Counted from the stretch's first letter, positions 1 through 10,149 are shown. The stretch is DNA of 64,000 bases from Octopus vulgaris (GCA_951406725.2 OX597824.1:82770001-82834000), one strand, 5' to 3'. Notes: generated from the sequence alone by a model not told the origin. A program made the numbers and translations.

Positions 1-486
1 GTGATTTTATAATATGTAATCATTATCCTTTTTTATACCAACATCATCACCACCATCATCATCATCATCATTATCATCACTACCACCACTACTATCACAA
101 GTGCCAGCACAATTGTTTTTGCTGACATCACCTTCACCAACATTCAAGATTAATTATCGTTAGCACCATCACAACCATCTCGACACCATCACCACCATCA
201 TCACTATCACCACCACCATCACTATCACCACCTCCACCACCACCACCACCGACACCATCACCACCATCATCACTACCACCACCACCACCACCACCACCAC
301 CACCACCACCACCACCACAAACACCACCACCACAAACACTACTGTCTTCACCATCATCACAAACATTATCACTACTGCCATCACCACGACCATCACTATC
401 ACCACCACTACCACAAATACCACCACCACCACCACCACAAACACTACTGCCATCACCACCATCATAATTATCATCACCATCACCAT
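1..486. repeat. (CAC/CAT)n imperfect trinucleotide microsatellite
   Basis: Directly visible in the sequence. Confidence 0.9.
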
Positions 487-499
487 CAGATTGATGTTT

Positions 500-1350
500 T
501 TACCATTCTTGCAGAGGATGGCTGAGAGTTCTTTAGCATAGCATCTTGCCACTTGTAGCCCAGTCCTTCATCCGCTTAATAACAGCTTCTTGAGATCACT
601 GGCCAAAAGGAGGGACAGCCTGTGGAGTGCAGTCGTCATCTTTCAGCCCATGTCTTCTCTGGTCTTCTTCTTCTAGGTTCCTCCAACTTGTGTTGCTTGG
701 CACTTCTTGAAGCAACTGTCATCCTCCATACACAACACATACATCATCAATATCATCATCATCATTATCATCATCATCATCCTCACCATCTTCATTATCA
801 TCATCATCATCCTCATCATCATCATCATCATCATCCTCACCATCTTCATCATCACCATCATCATCATCATCATCATCATCATCGTTTAACGTCCGCTTTC
901 CATGCTGGCATGGGTCGGATGGTTTGACTGGGAACTGTACAACCCAAAGTCTTCTCTCTTGCATACAACATCTAACTCACTTCTTGCATCCAATTTTCCT
1001 CTCACCTCATTAAACTTTTTATCATCCATGCTCACTAATGCTACACATTGAGTGCTACATGCTTGCTTCATTTCTTCCCATCTTTCACGCCACTGCATTC
1101 TCCGCATTAAGTGCTCGTATTTTACAACCATGCAACAGAGCACTTCACAACACTTAAACCACACGCTCCACTCTTCACTCACACTCGGTAGAAGTAATAT
1201 CACTCTGACCTTTTTTTTCGGCTCACTCATACTCAGGCTCGCTATGCTTTTTGGAACAGCTTCGTTCGCTTCTGTTTTGGTCACCAAGGTAACAGAAGCC
1301 ATCAAACTATGTCTATTGAGCAACTAAGCATTTGGAAAAAGTTCCTTTTA
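500..1350 (-). mobile_element. Degenerate RTE-clade LINE ORF2 3' fragment, interrupted at ~743-940
   Basis: Broken minus-strand translation SALLHG...RNEASM*HSMCSIS...MQERRLW | VLCMEDDSCFKKC...VGGT matches the RTE C-terminal pattern (LHGSETW..ERNEASMLRWMC..QERRLRWYGHV.RMDED.CVKKC). Confidence 0.7.
743..940 (-). mobile_element. RTE-type 3' tail (CCATCCGACCCATGCCAGCATGGAAAGCGGACGTTAAAC) with expanded (GAT)n tail
   Basis: The same tail recurs at 1935, 49350, 50240, 51570 and 57370, each time ending in a GAT-type repeat. Confidence 0.75.
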
Positions 1351-1548
1351 TGGATTGGGCTACTACAGCTAGTTTAATCAATCATATGCATTTGGTGCAA
1401 ACTAAGTCATTCCTAGAGTCAACCTGCCTGTGAACCTGCAGCAAGAGGGGGAGGAGGAGAAGAAAGAGAAAAGAAATTGAGAGAAAGTGGGAGAGAGAGC
1501 AAAAGCAGTGCTGTATGAGATGGTACTATATATATATATATATATATA

Positions 1549-1775
1549 CTTTATTTAAAGCAGCAGAAAATTCAACAAAACCTGTTACTCTGAGTTTCCC
1601 GTTGCCGTTCGTCTGACAGTTTTTGCTAGAAAAAAACTGTCGACCGAACGGCAACGGGAAACTCAGAGCAACAGGTTTTGTTGAATTTTCTGCTGCTTTA
1701 AATAAAGCATATTACTCTACCACTGGTATTTGAGTACTCTTTTTCCACCTTGTTTCACATGTATGTGTTTACTCC

Positions 1776-1777
<2 letters not shown>
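1549..1777. mobile_element. Penelope-like pLTR relic with tail-to-tail inverted arms, inserted in (TA)n
   Basis: Near-perfect ~160-bp foldback at 1549-1707 followed by a unique extension. It carries a minimal hammerhead motif, and a second copy lies at 57093-57255. Confidence 0.6.
1582..1620 (-). ncRNA. Minimal type I hammerhead-ribozyme-like motif (core CAGACGA)
   Basis: Minus strand reads ACTGT-CAGACGA-ACG GCAA CGG-GAAA-CTC A GAG-TA-ACAG: stem I CTGT/ACAG, GNRA-capped stem II, GAAA, short stem III and a GUA triplet. Confidence 0.55.
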
Positions 1778-1820
<43 letters not shown>

Positions 1821-1871
1821 GAGAGAGAGACAGACAGAGACAATAGGGGGAGGTATTGAAAAGGAAACAGG

Positions 1872-1902
<31 letters not shown>

Positions 1903-1903
1903 C

Positions 1904-1935
<32 letters not shown>

Positions 1936-1980
1936 GTTTAACGTCCATGGAAAACGGACATTAAATGATGATGATGATGA

Positions 1981-2021
<41 letters not shown>

Positions 2022-2171
2022 GAGAGAGAGAGAGAGAGAGAGACAAAGAGAGGGAGAGAAAGAGAGATAATAGCGATGTGATGTAGAGAGAAAGCATATT
2101 TTGTACTTTAATCACTTCAAATTGTCATGTTTCTGTGACTAGCTTCCTATCCCAGTAGAGTATTATCTATT

Positions 2172-2234
2172 TCATCTGTTTAACATCCATGTGTCTACTA
2201 ATTCTGTGTACCTAAACACTGACCTTCTGTGACC
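2172..2234 (-). CDS. Candidate terminal coding exon of the BAD-like gene (GHRRSVFRYTELVDTWMLNR*)
   Basis: Acceptor TTCTATACTTTATTTAG|G at 2235/2234 is phase-0 compatible with the donor at 3798. TGA stop at 2174-2172; minus-strand ATTAAA at 2112-2107. The peptide YTELVDTWMLNR loosely resembles the BAD C-terminal WTRVFQSWWDRN. Confidence 0.35.
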   Translation of the reverse strand, partial: GHRRSVFRYTELVDTWMLNR

Positions 2235-2649
2235 CTAAATAAAGTATAGAACAGCCCCCTTTAACAAAAGCCTGTAATATAAGGCTACGGTAGAAACCCC
2301 TTCAAATACTAGTGTGTGTTAACTGTATAGACTTTTGTTTGTTTTTGTTTTTTGGGGTTTTTTTGCTTTTTATTTGGTTTCTTCTGTTTATTTGCTGTTT
2401 ATGCAAATTCTCATTGAAGTGATCTGTGAACCATTCAAAGGAGTCGGGGTGGGGGTTATGTAATGTAGGAGCAAACTTATAAACTAATGGCTAGTAAAAA
2501 GAGTCTGAAACAATGTTTTTAGTTAATTTATTTTGAATTTAATTTATTTTCAGATAAAATTTATATTTTAAAAAAAATAGAAAAGAAAAAATAACAGAAA
2601 GTTTAATTAATATCACGCATTTTCCAAAAGGAAAGTTAAGAAAAATGTT

Positions 2650-3560
2650 TTTGAAACTGTTTAGAGTTCCAATTTTTTCCTTCTTCTTCAGACTAATAGT
2701 TTCTTGAGAAACCATTTAATCTTGTTTTGTTCGTTAGAATGTTTCATTGAATCATGAATAAGAGCATTTTCCAATTGATTCCATGTTTTTCCTAAGGCAA
2801 GAAGGTAAAAGTTGTTGAGCTCTGGAGATCATATTAGATATAAACTCATAGAGATGTTCTGAATTCCAAAATGTTGTTATGGTTGAAGAATTAGAACACC
2901 AGTAGGTGTGGTAAGTATATATGCTTTTGACAGAGGGATCAAAGGTCTAAAACTTGACCTCACCCTTGACATGTTCAATTTGTAGAGTTGATCACCCACT
3001 AAAGCATTCAATAGGTTGGCTTTGTGCAATAGGAATGCTTCAATGGTGCTGGCTGGCATTACCAAAAATAGCAGCAGGAATGATTACTCCATCATGTTAT
3101 TTTTCTTTAAACGCCAATGGAACAGAATCACAACTGAAGTTATGGAATCACATTAATCAAGGACTGATTTTCTCAGCCTTCAGAAGTTTCCAAAGGACAG
3201 GATTATGCCACAGCATACACGGTGCCGCTCTCAGTAAACAGAGACTATCACTGCTACTATTCCGTATGAAATAGGTAGCAAAGTCTTTCTTGTCTGGGAC
3301 CGCCTTTAGAAAGTCAATGAACGCACAACTGTAAGGCATACAGTTGGAAACTGACACAAAGAATCCCATGGCAATTCCACGTGACATACGATAGTGGGTC
3401 TTAGCCAGAATTTCTTCAATTCTTTGTACGCAAGTTTCATTAACATCCTTGAGAAGGATTTCACCAAAGCAAAACTGTAATGGACTTTCAGGATTGGAGC
3501 CAATTTCTAGCATTCAAATATTATATTTGAAAGACTTCTGGCCATTTGGTATTTCCTTAT
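2650..3560 (-). mobile_element. Highly degenerate APE-endonuclease LINE ORF2 5' relic
   Basis: YVTWNCHGIL at 3388-3359 (APE start motif TWNxxG), DSLCLL (D-h-h-h-L-QE-like), HDGVII (GVAI-like) and YS*FNETF near 2750 (PWFNEEC-like linker), with many stops and frameshifts. Confidence 0.45.
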
Positions 3561-3798
3561 TCTTCACCGATATTATCTAGTATATTTAGTTTTAACTTTG
3601 ATTTCACTCCTTTTTTTCTTTAATTCCCTTTAATTTCCATTCCGTTCTACGTTTAGAAAAAAGGTATCACAGGTAGTAAATTAGCTGGCACTAATTGTTA
3701 TTTCCAATTGACAAAATCAGAGTGAAATTAGCTGTAAGTCTGCAGGTGAGACTAAAATTGACCAAGTTTGCAGTGACATGCATATTCCATCTACTTAC

Positions 3799-4013
3799 TT
3801 GGTGGTGTGAATGGTGGCGATTCTGGTAATACTCGTCACTAATTCTCCGAAGTTCCAGTCCAATCGCACGGATGTGTTCATGCCGACGAAGAGGCACTTC
3901 AGGTAATGAGTGCGCTCTGTCCCGTGGTACTGGCACCAAATCTGGCAGTGGATCTTGCCGTGGTGAAACGCTAGAATCTTCTCCTTCGGAGTATAACCGA
4001 CGCGACACACTAC
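3799..4013 (-). CDS. Internal coding exon of a BH3-only pro-apoptotic protein, BAD-like
   Basis: Acceptor TTTCTCATTTTCTTTTCAATTACAG|G at 4014/4013 (phase 1) and donor CAA|GTAAGT at 3799/3798 (phase 0). Translation: (x)SVSRRLYSEGEDSSVSPRQDPLPDLVPVPRDRAHSLPEVPLRRHEHIRAIGLELRRISDEYYQNRHHSHHQ. It has a BH3 LxxxxDE motif (LRRISDEY, cf. BAD ELRRMSDEF) preceded by RDRAHSLP (cf. BAD RGRSRSAP). The sequence is non-repetitive and GC-richer than its flanks. Confidence 0.85.
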
Positions 4014-4103
4014 CTGTAATTGAAAAGAAAATGAGAAATACAGTTAGACATATTCAGCAAAATAATTATTTATCACAAAAAATTTCAAATGAGATATCTA
4101 TGC

Positions 4104-4136
<33 letters not shown>

Positions 4137-4283
4137 ACGGGAAAGTTTACGAAAATAAACAAAAGATGAAGGCAGGTGGAGTACAAACAAACTAATGTAT
4201 TAGTATAGCGCTCAGGAATAGAAATAGAAAAAGTCTTTTACGTTTCGAGCCTACGCTCTTCGACAGAAAGATACACAGAAAAA
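4137..4283 (-). mobile_element. Penelope-like pLTR fragment with hammerhead motif, next to (TA)n
   Basis: Starts at a TA tract and contains an HHR-like motif at 4234-4271. Confidence 0.5.
4234..4271 (-). ncRNA. Minimal hammerhead-ribozyme-like motif (core CUGUCGA)
   Basis: TCTTT-CTGTCGA-A-GAGC GTAG GCTC-GAAA-CG-TA-AAAGA: 5-bp stem I, 4-bp stem II and a palindromic ACGT stem III. Confidence 0.5.
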
Positions 4284-4286
4284 TTA

Positions 4287-4492
4287 AGTACCAGAGAAAC
4301 ACTGGGGTCGATGTAATCGACTATTACCTCCCCCGAATTTCAGGCCTTGTGCCTATAGTAGAAAGGGCTATTATTATAATTATTATCGTCTTTATTTTAA
4401 AGGTGGCGAGCTGGCAGAATCGTTAGCACGCTGGGCAAGATGCTTTGCGGCATTTCATTCACCTTTACGTTCAATGTCGAAATTATGCCGAG
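4287..4492 (+). mobile_element. Two SINE fragments (family with GGCGAGCTGGCAGAATCGTTAGCACGC head and GGCCTTGTGCCTATAGTAGAAAG tail)
   Basis: The same motifs occur in reverse at 8720-8930, 9140-9345 and 51670-52075. Confidence 0.7.
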
Positions 4493-4503
4493 AGGGAGAG
4501 AGA

Positions 4504-4544
<41 letters not shown>

Positions 4545-4604
4545 GTAGCAAGACAGAGACAGAGGGAGAGAGATAGAGACAGACATAGCAAGACATGGAG
4601 AGGG

Positions 4605-4674
<70 letters not shown>

Positions 4675-4849
4675 GTAGACAGATAGATAGATAGAGAGAA
4701 ACAGACAGACATAGCAAGACAGAGGCAGAGGGAGAGAGATAGAGACAGACAGAGAGAGATAGAGACAGACAGATATAGTAAGACAGAGAGAGGGAGATAG
4801 ATAGAGAGAGAGAGAAAAAAACAGACAAACATAGCAAGATAGAGGCAGA

Positions 4850-4883
<34 letters not shown>

Positions 4884-4935
4884 CAGGCAGGTATAGCAAG
4901 ACAAAGAGAGGGAGATAGATAGAGAGAGAAAGAAT
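4493..4935. repeat. (GA)n/(GATA)n compound microsatellite with a recurring ACATAGCAAGAC unit
   Basis: Directly visible in the sequence. Confidence 0.85.
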
Positions 4936-4954
4936 GAGTGACACAGATCAAACG

Positions 4955-5040
4955 GCAGTGTATCACGTGACCCAATATTACGAGCAGACGATGCATCACA
5001 TGACTAACAGACGCGCGTAGAAGGCAAACACCTGTCTTTC
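4955..5040. promoter_or_regulatory. Candidate bHLH-ZIP (MITF/TFE/USF) + NF-Y element
   Basis: TCACGTGAC 4963-4971, CCAAT 4972-4976, TCACATGAC 4996-5004 and CACCTG near 5030, in a CpG-containing unique island between microsatellites. Confidence 0.3.
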
Positions 5041-5652
5041 AATGATGTTGCGATTGTGTTATGTCATAGTTAAGATGTGTCATAATCCTAACATTTATTT
5101 GGTCTTTGTCATACGCACACACATACACATACACATTTGTGTGCATATACAATCTCTTTTGCACACTAAGACGGATAACCAACGAGCTACGTACACACAA
5201 TGCATGCACACACATACACACGATACATGCACGCACATACACACACAGAGAAATGCATATACATACACAGACACACATAAACTTATATATGCTCGTAGAT
5301 ACGAATAATGTTACATGCAGACACAGAAGGCCCAATAAAACACACACACACACACAAAATTGCAGATACCTAAACATATATTTTCGTGTACGTGAAGCTC
5401 CGTACAAAATATTTATGCACACACACACACACAGACATGCATAGACAGAGACACACACACACACACAGACATGCGTACACACAGAGATACACACACAGAC
5501 ATGCGTACACAGAGACACACACACACAGATATGCGTACACAGACACACACATGCAAACATAGAAGAGGTGGGAGGAGGATAAAGTAAGAGATATAAAGAG
5601 AAAAAGAGAGAAATAGGCAGACGAGAAAATGGGTTAGAAAGAGATGTAATAT

Positions 5653-5684
<32 letters not shown>

Positions 5685-6324
5685 TAATGAGGGAGAAAAG
5701 GGAGGGAAAGAAAGAGAGAGAAATTCATTAAAAGAGAAAGAGAGAGATATATAATAAAGGAGGAGAGAAAGAGAAAGAGAGAGACATATATAAGGAGGGA
5801 AAAGAAAGTGAAAGAGACAGACACGTAATAAGAGAAATAGACAGAGATATATATATAATAAGGGGAAGGTGGAAGAAAGAGAAAGAAAGAGACAGACACG
5901 TAATAAGAGAGATAGACAGAGAGACAGACAGATACAGAGAGAGATAGGGAGAGAGATAGAAGAGAGAGAGAAGAAGGCAATGTGGATCAAGGGAGATAAT
6001 ATACAGAGCTTTCTTCACACACGCACTTATAATTTCTCATATGAGGTAAATGAGTGCGATGGCCAAATGAGAGAAATGTAATGATCTCTATTAGGTGATT
6101 TGTATCGGAACTTCAAGAGGTTTTAGGGAAAGGGGGGTTCAACGGTTTGGGCTTATAGGGTTATATATAGGAATGCTAACGAACCGTTCTATTTATTTCG
6201 ATGCGTAAACGAGAAAAACCGTGTTTTCTGTCTATGAAAACTGTCCGTTTGTTTGTACCCAATTTTCTTAAGTTTTGTAGTTTGTAACGCACAGACTACA
6301 AACAAGAAATCACACTCACAAGTA

Positions 6325-6394
<70 letters not shown>

Positions 6395-6409
6395 TGTGTG
6401 TATATATGT

Positions 6410-6613
6410 TTGTGTGTCTGTGTTTGTCCCCCTAGCATTGCTTGACAACCGATGCTGGTGTGTTTATGTCCCCGTTACTTAGCGGTTCGGCAAAAGTGAC
6501 CGATAAAATAAGTACTGACTGGGCTTACAAAAAGAATAAGTCCCGGGGTCGAGTTGCTCGATTAAAGGCGGTGCTCCAGCACGGCCGCAGTCAAGTGACT
6601 GAAACAAGTAAAA

Positions 6614-6615
<2 letters not shown>
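6410..6615 (+). mobile_element. 3' half of the major tRNA-derived SINE
   Basis: GCTTGACAACCGATGCTGGTGTG...GGCGGTGCTCCAGCACGGCCGCAGTC..GACTGAAACAAGTAAAAG matches the copy at 52611-53000. Confidence 0.85.
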
Positions 6616-6686
<71 letters not shown>

Positions 6687-7070
6687 CACACACACACACA
6701 CATATATATATGTATACACACACACACGCATATACACCACACACTTATACATCATTATTATATATTTGGCTTTTCCGTATGTCATCCTGTCTGGCACACA
6801 AGGACATCCTCATCCAAGGACGGCTCAGACAGGAATTGATAAAAACCCCCCAAATTATGTCCAGTTAACATTGCTCCTGGATAACACCGCCCCCTTCTAG
6901 TACCGGCGCCTCCTGATCGAGAGCCACTTAGAGGTAACTTCCGATATCCCCACACGGTAGCCTTCCGCCACATTGGCGCCTGTGATACCAACCATATTGT
7001 TAAGTCTGCAGACGAACTGACCTTTAATCTCTCCGCATTCGATCTTGATCATGATGACCATGCTTGATAA

Positions 7071-7136
<66 letters not shown>

Positions 7137-7137
<1 letters not shown>

Positions 7138-7400
7138 GAGGGGTGCCGAAAAGTTCCAGGTTTTAAGGGTTGCGAAAGGCCGCTGGAGGCCCAACCTTTC
7201 GAGTTTTTCTGTTTTTGTTTCTTTACAGAGCTTAGAAAAACTGATGGATCGCCGCTTTGTGAATCTTAGAAAAACTGAAGGATCGAAGTTTGTGAATCTG
7301 AGAGAAGGAATATATTAAATAAAATGGATCTTTTAATTAAAAAAATCAGGTGACTGAGATTGAAAAGATCCTATAGAATCATAATTAACTGATCCTCCTG
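7137..7400 (+). mobile_element. Mariner-derived MITE, 3'-truncated and rearranged
   Basis: Left TIR CGAGGGGTGCCGAAAAGTTCC; the interior matches 26465-26666. Confidence 0.65.
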
Positions 7401-7435
7401 TATATATATACATACATATATATATATATATATTT

Positions 7436-7585
7436 ATTAGAAGGTTTGGAGATGATGTACAGGTATTTTATATTAGAAGAAATGAGGTACTCAGAAATTC
7501 GGATGGTTTTATATTTATAGATATTTATTTGTATATTACATGTTTTTATACATCATACATCATATATTAGCGCTTTCGTCCATTC
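7436..7585 (-). mobile_element. Penelope-like pLTR fragment ending in the 3' half of a hammerhead (GGAC-GAAA-GCGC-TA)
   Basis: Flanked by TA/TG tracts; the motif lies at 7568-7581. Confidence 0.35.
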
Positions 7586-7587
7586 TA

Positions 7588-7637
<50 letters not shown>

Positions 7638-8431
7638 TCACATTCGCATAAAAAAACACACACACACATATATACGTATGTTGTTCAAGTATTCTTTGTA
7701 GTTTAGATCCAAAGTATTGTAACCGTAACCATTCTTTATTTTTATTCTGGCATTGTATATCATGGACTACATTGCTCATTGTGCTTTTCTTTTTATTTAG
7801 TTGGCAGAATCTAAATAACGCGAGGAAGATTTGACTACTGTTTCTAGAAGACTGGGTGACGACGTAGGGAATACTTGTTAGAGGCTCGTTACATTCATTC
7901 ACCTAATTTCAGTCGCTGAACTGCGGCCATGCCGAAGCAAAAGCAATATAGTGCCGCAGTTTAATGAAGTACAAGAGACTTATACCTCTCCCACCTTATG
8001 TCGCTGTTGTTCAGCCCCCTTCCTCCATCATTCCTATTTTAAAACGAAGGGGGTTGTTATTTGGCTGTTGTTTCTAGCATGTCGACTGACGACACAGATT
8101 TCTTGTTTGTTGACTCACTGTTTTATTGTGGCGCTATTATACTAATAGTTGCTATTATCTGCACAAATCGTTTAATGCATTAAATATTTAATTACTATTG
8201 CAATGCATTAACTGTTAGTTAATTAATTAATAATAGTTAATTTATAGACTTGGCTTGAAAAGAGACACAGTGTCTGTTAGCAATTGGGAGTTATTTTGTT
8301 GTTCTTTTTCGTTATCTAAAAATAAAATAAAAATTAAATTAAAACGGAGCCTTCTTCTTCTTCTCTTCAACGTTTGTCGCAACAGTTATAATCAATCATA
8401 ACTGCCTGCAATCATAACAGCAACAGCAGTA

Positions 8432-8710
8432 GAGGCGCAATAGCCCAGTGGTTGGGGCAGCGAACTCGCGGTCGGAGGATCGCGGCTTCGATTCCCAGAC
8501 CGGGCATTGTATGTGTTTATGTGTTTATTGAGCGAAAACACCTAAAGCTCCACGAAGCTCCGGCATCTACGAGTCTGGATGCGCATTCATCCACCCGTCG
8601 TTGCTCTCGGTGTCGGGGGGTTGACTTGCTTTCTCTGCTGCGGGTCTTACGAATAGCAAAGGACCACGTTTCGGACTTCTCCAACTAATGAGACGAAGAC
8701 CGCTTCGCTC
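8432..8710 (+). mobile_element. tRNA-derived SINE (second family)
   Basis: A/B-box-like head TAGCCCAGTGGTT...GCTTCGATTCC. Flanked by AACAGCAACAGCA on both sides (8416-8428, 8711-8723). The head is shared with 55754-56058. Confidence 0.75.
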
Positions 8711-8724
8711 AACAGCAACAGCAA

Positions 8725-9345
8725 CAATAATAATGGCTTCAAATTTTGGCACAAGGCCAGCAATTTCCTGGGAATGAGTGTGTCGGCTACATCGACCCCA
8801 GTGTTTCTTTGGTAATTATTTCATCGATCCCGAAAGGATGAAAGGCAAAGTCAACCTAGGCAGAACTTGAACTCAGGCGCTAAGCATTTTGTCCGGGTGC
8901 AGATGATTCTGCCAGCTCATCGGCTTTTTTTCAATAATTATAATAATCCTTTCTACTATAGCAGGGGTCCCCAAAATTGTAGGCCATCAACTCCTTCGTG
9001 AAATTCTTGACCCCCTCATCGAACCCCAGGCATGTACAAGAAAATAAATAATACTTAAGTAGGTGTGCCTTTATCGACCCTTTGAATAGTCCCATTGACC
9101 CCAAGGGACCATAACCTCTTTGGAGGCCCCTGTACTATATGGGCACAAGGCCTGAAATTTGGTGGGGGGGGGAGCTAGTCGATTACATCGCCCCCAGTGT
9201 TTAACTGGTATTTATTTCATCGATTCCGAAAAGATGAAAGGCAAAATCGACCTCGACAGAATTTGAACTCAGAACACGAAGACAAGACTAAAATGCCGCT
9301 AAGTATTTTCTCCTGTGTGCTAACAATTCTGCCAGTTCGCCGCCT
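8725..9345 (-). mobile_element. Two tandem SINE copies, the second interrupted by a hAT MITE
   Basis: Repeated GGCACAAGGCC..GACCCCAGTG..CGAAAGGATGAAAGGCAAAGTC..GAACTCAG blocks. Confidence 0.75.
8962..9132. mobile_element. hAT-type MITE
   Basis: TIRs CAGGGGTCCCCAAA / TTTGGAGGCCCCTG; 8-bp TSD TACTATAG (8954-8961) / TACTATAT (9133-9140). Confidence 0.75.
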
Positions 9346-10149
9346 TTTTTTTTAATTATAAGGGGGAGAAAAAAAATAACGATAATCTAATAACGGATGG
9401 GCCTCGCTCCACTAATAGTTCTTTTTGATACAGACACAAGCCTTGAAATCTTGTCGGGTAGGGAGCTGGTTGAGTACCTACCTCGACTCCAGTATTTGAC
9501 TTGGTCTTGACACCTCCAATAATATTAATAACAGTAATTCCTTACAAAAAATACACGGTTCAAAATGGTGTGTGAGCAATGCTGTAGCTTCGTGTGAATC
9601 TTGAGCTTTGTATAAATCAAACAACAGACTTAATCATGGCTCAAGTATTTAAATATTTTCTGACTGCGAAGTGATATCATAGTCGTTGTGATGTGGCTTT
9701 ACGATGATTATATCCGTATCTGTAGCAGCAGAACGTCCTAGATATATGGACAGTGGTTTAATGGCTTAGGTGGTGGTAGAGGTGGGTCTTATTTGAGCTT
9801 TCTAAAGAGACATCAACTGATTAGAGCTGGAAGCATCTCAGCTCTTGTGACACGACGCAAAGTGTGTGTCTGTATGTGTCTATGTGTAGTTCCAATACCG
9901 ATCCAGATATATGAACAGTAATAAGCTTTGTCTAAGGTTAACAAAGTACTTTCTTGCCTTGATAATCAAATTCAGTCGCTGTGACGTCTAAGATATTGTA
10001 CACGAAGCAGTAGCTTGTCCAAGATACGAAGATTGTGGAGTCTTACCTCGAGTTTTCTACATTGCATGTGAGGGACATAAACGATCCCAAGCTGACAAAA
10101 TTAATTGATTTCATCATAGGATACGAATCATCGTGTCTTCTGTCGTCTC

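Noticed and set aside
3157-3513. 118-aa ORF just downstream of the BH3 exon as the next exon
   Set aside because: No good acceptor, and overlapping frames show LINE endonuclease remnants (TWNCHG).
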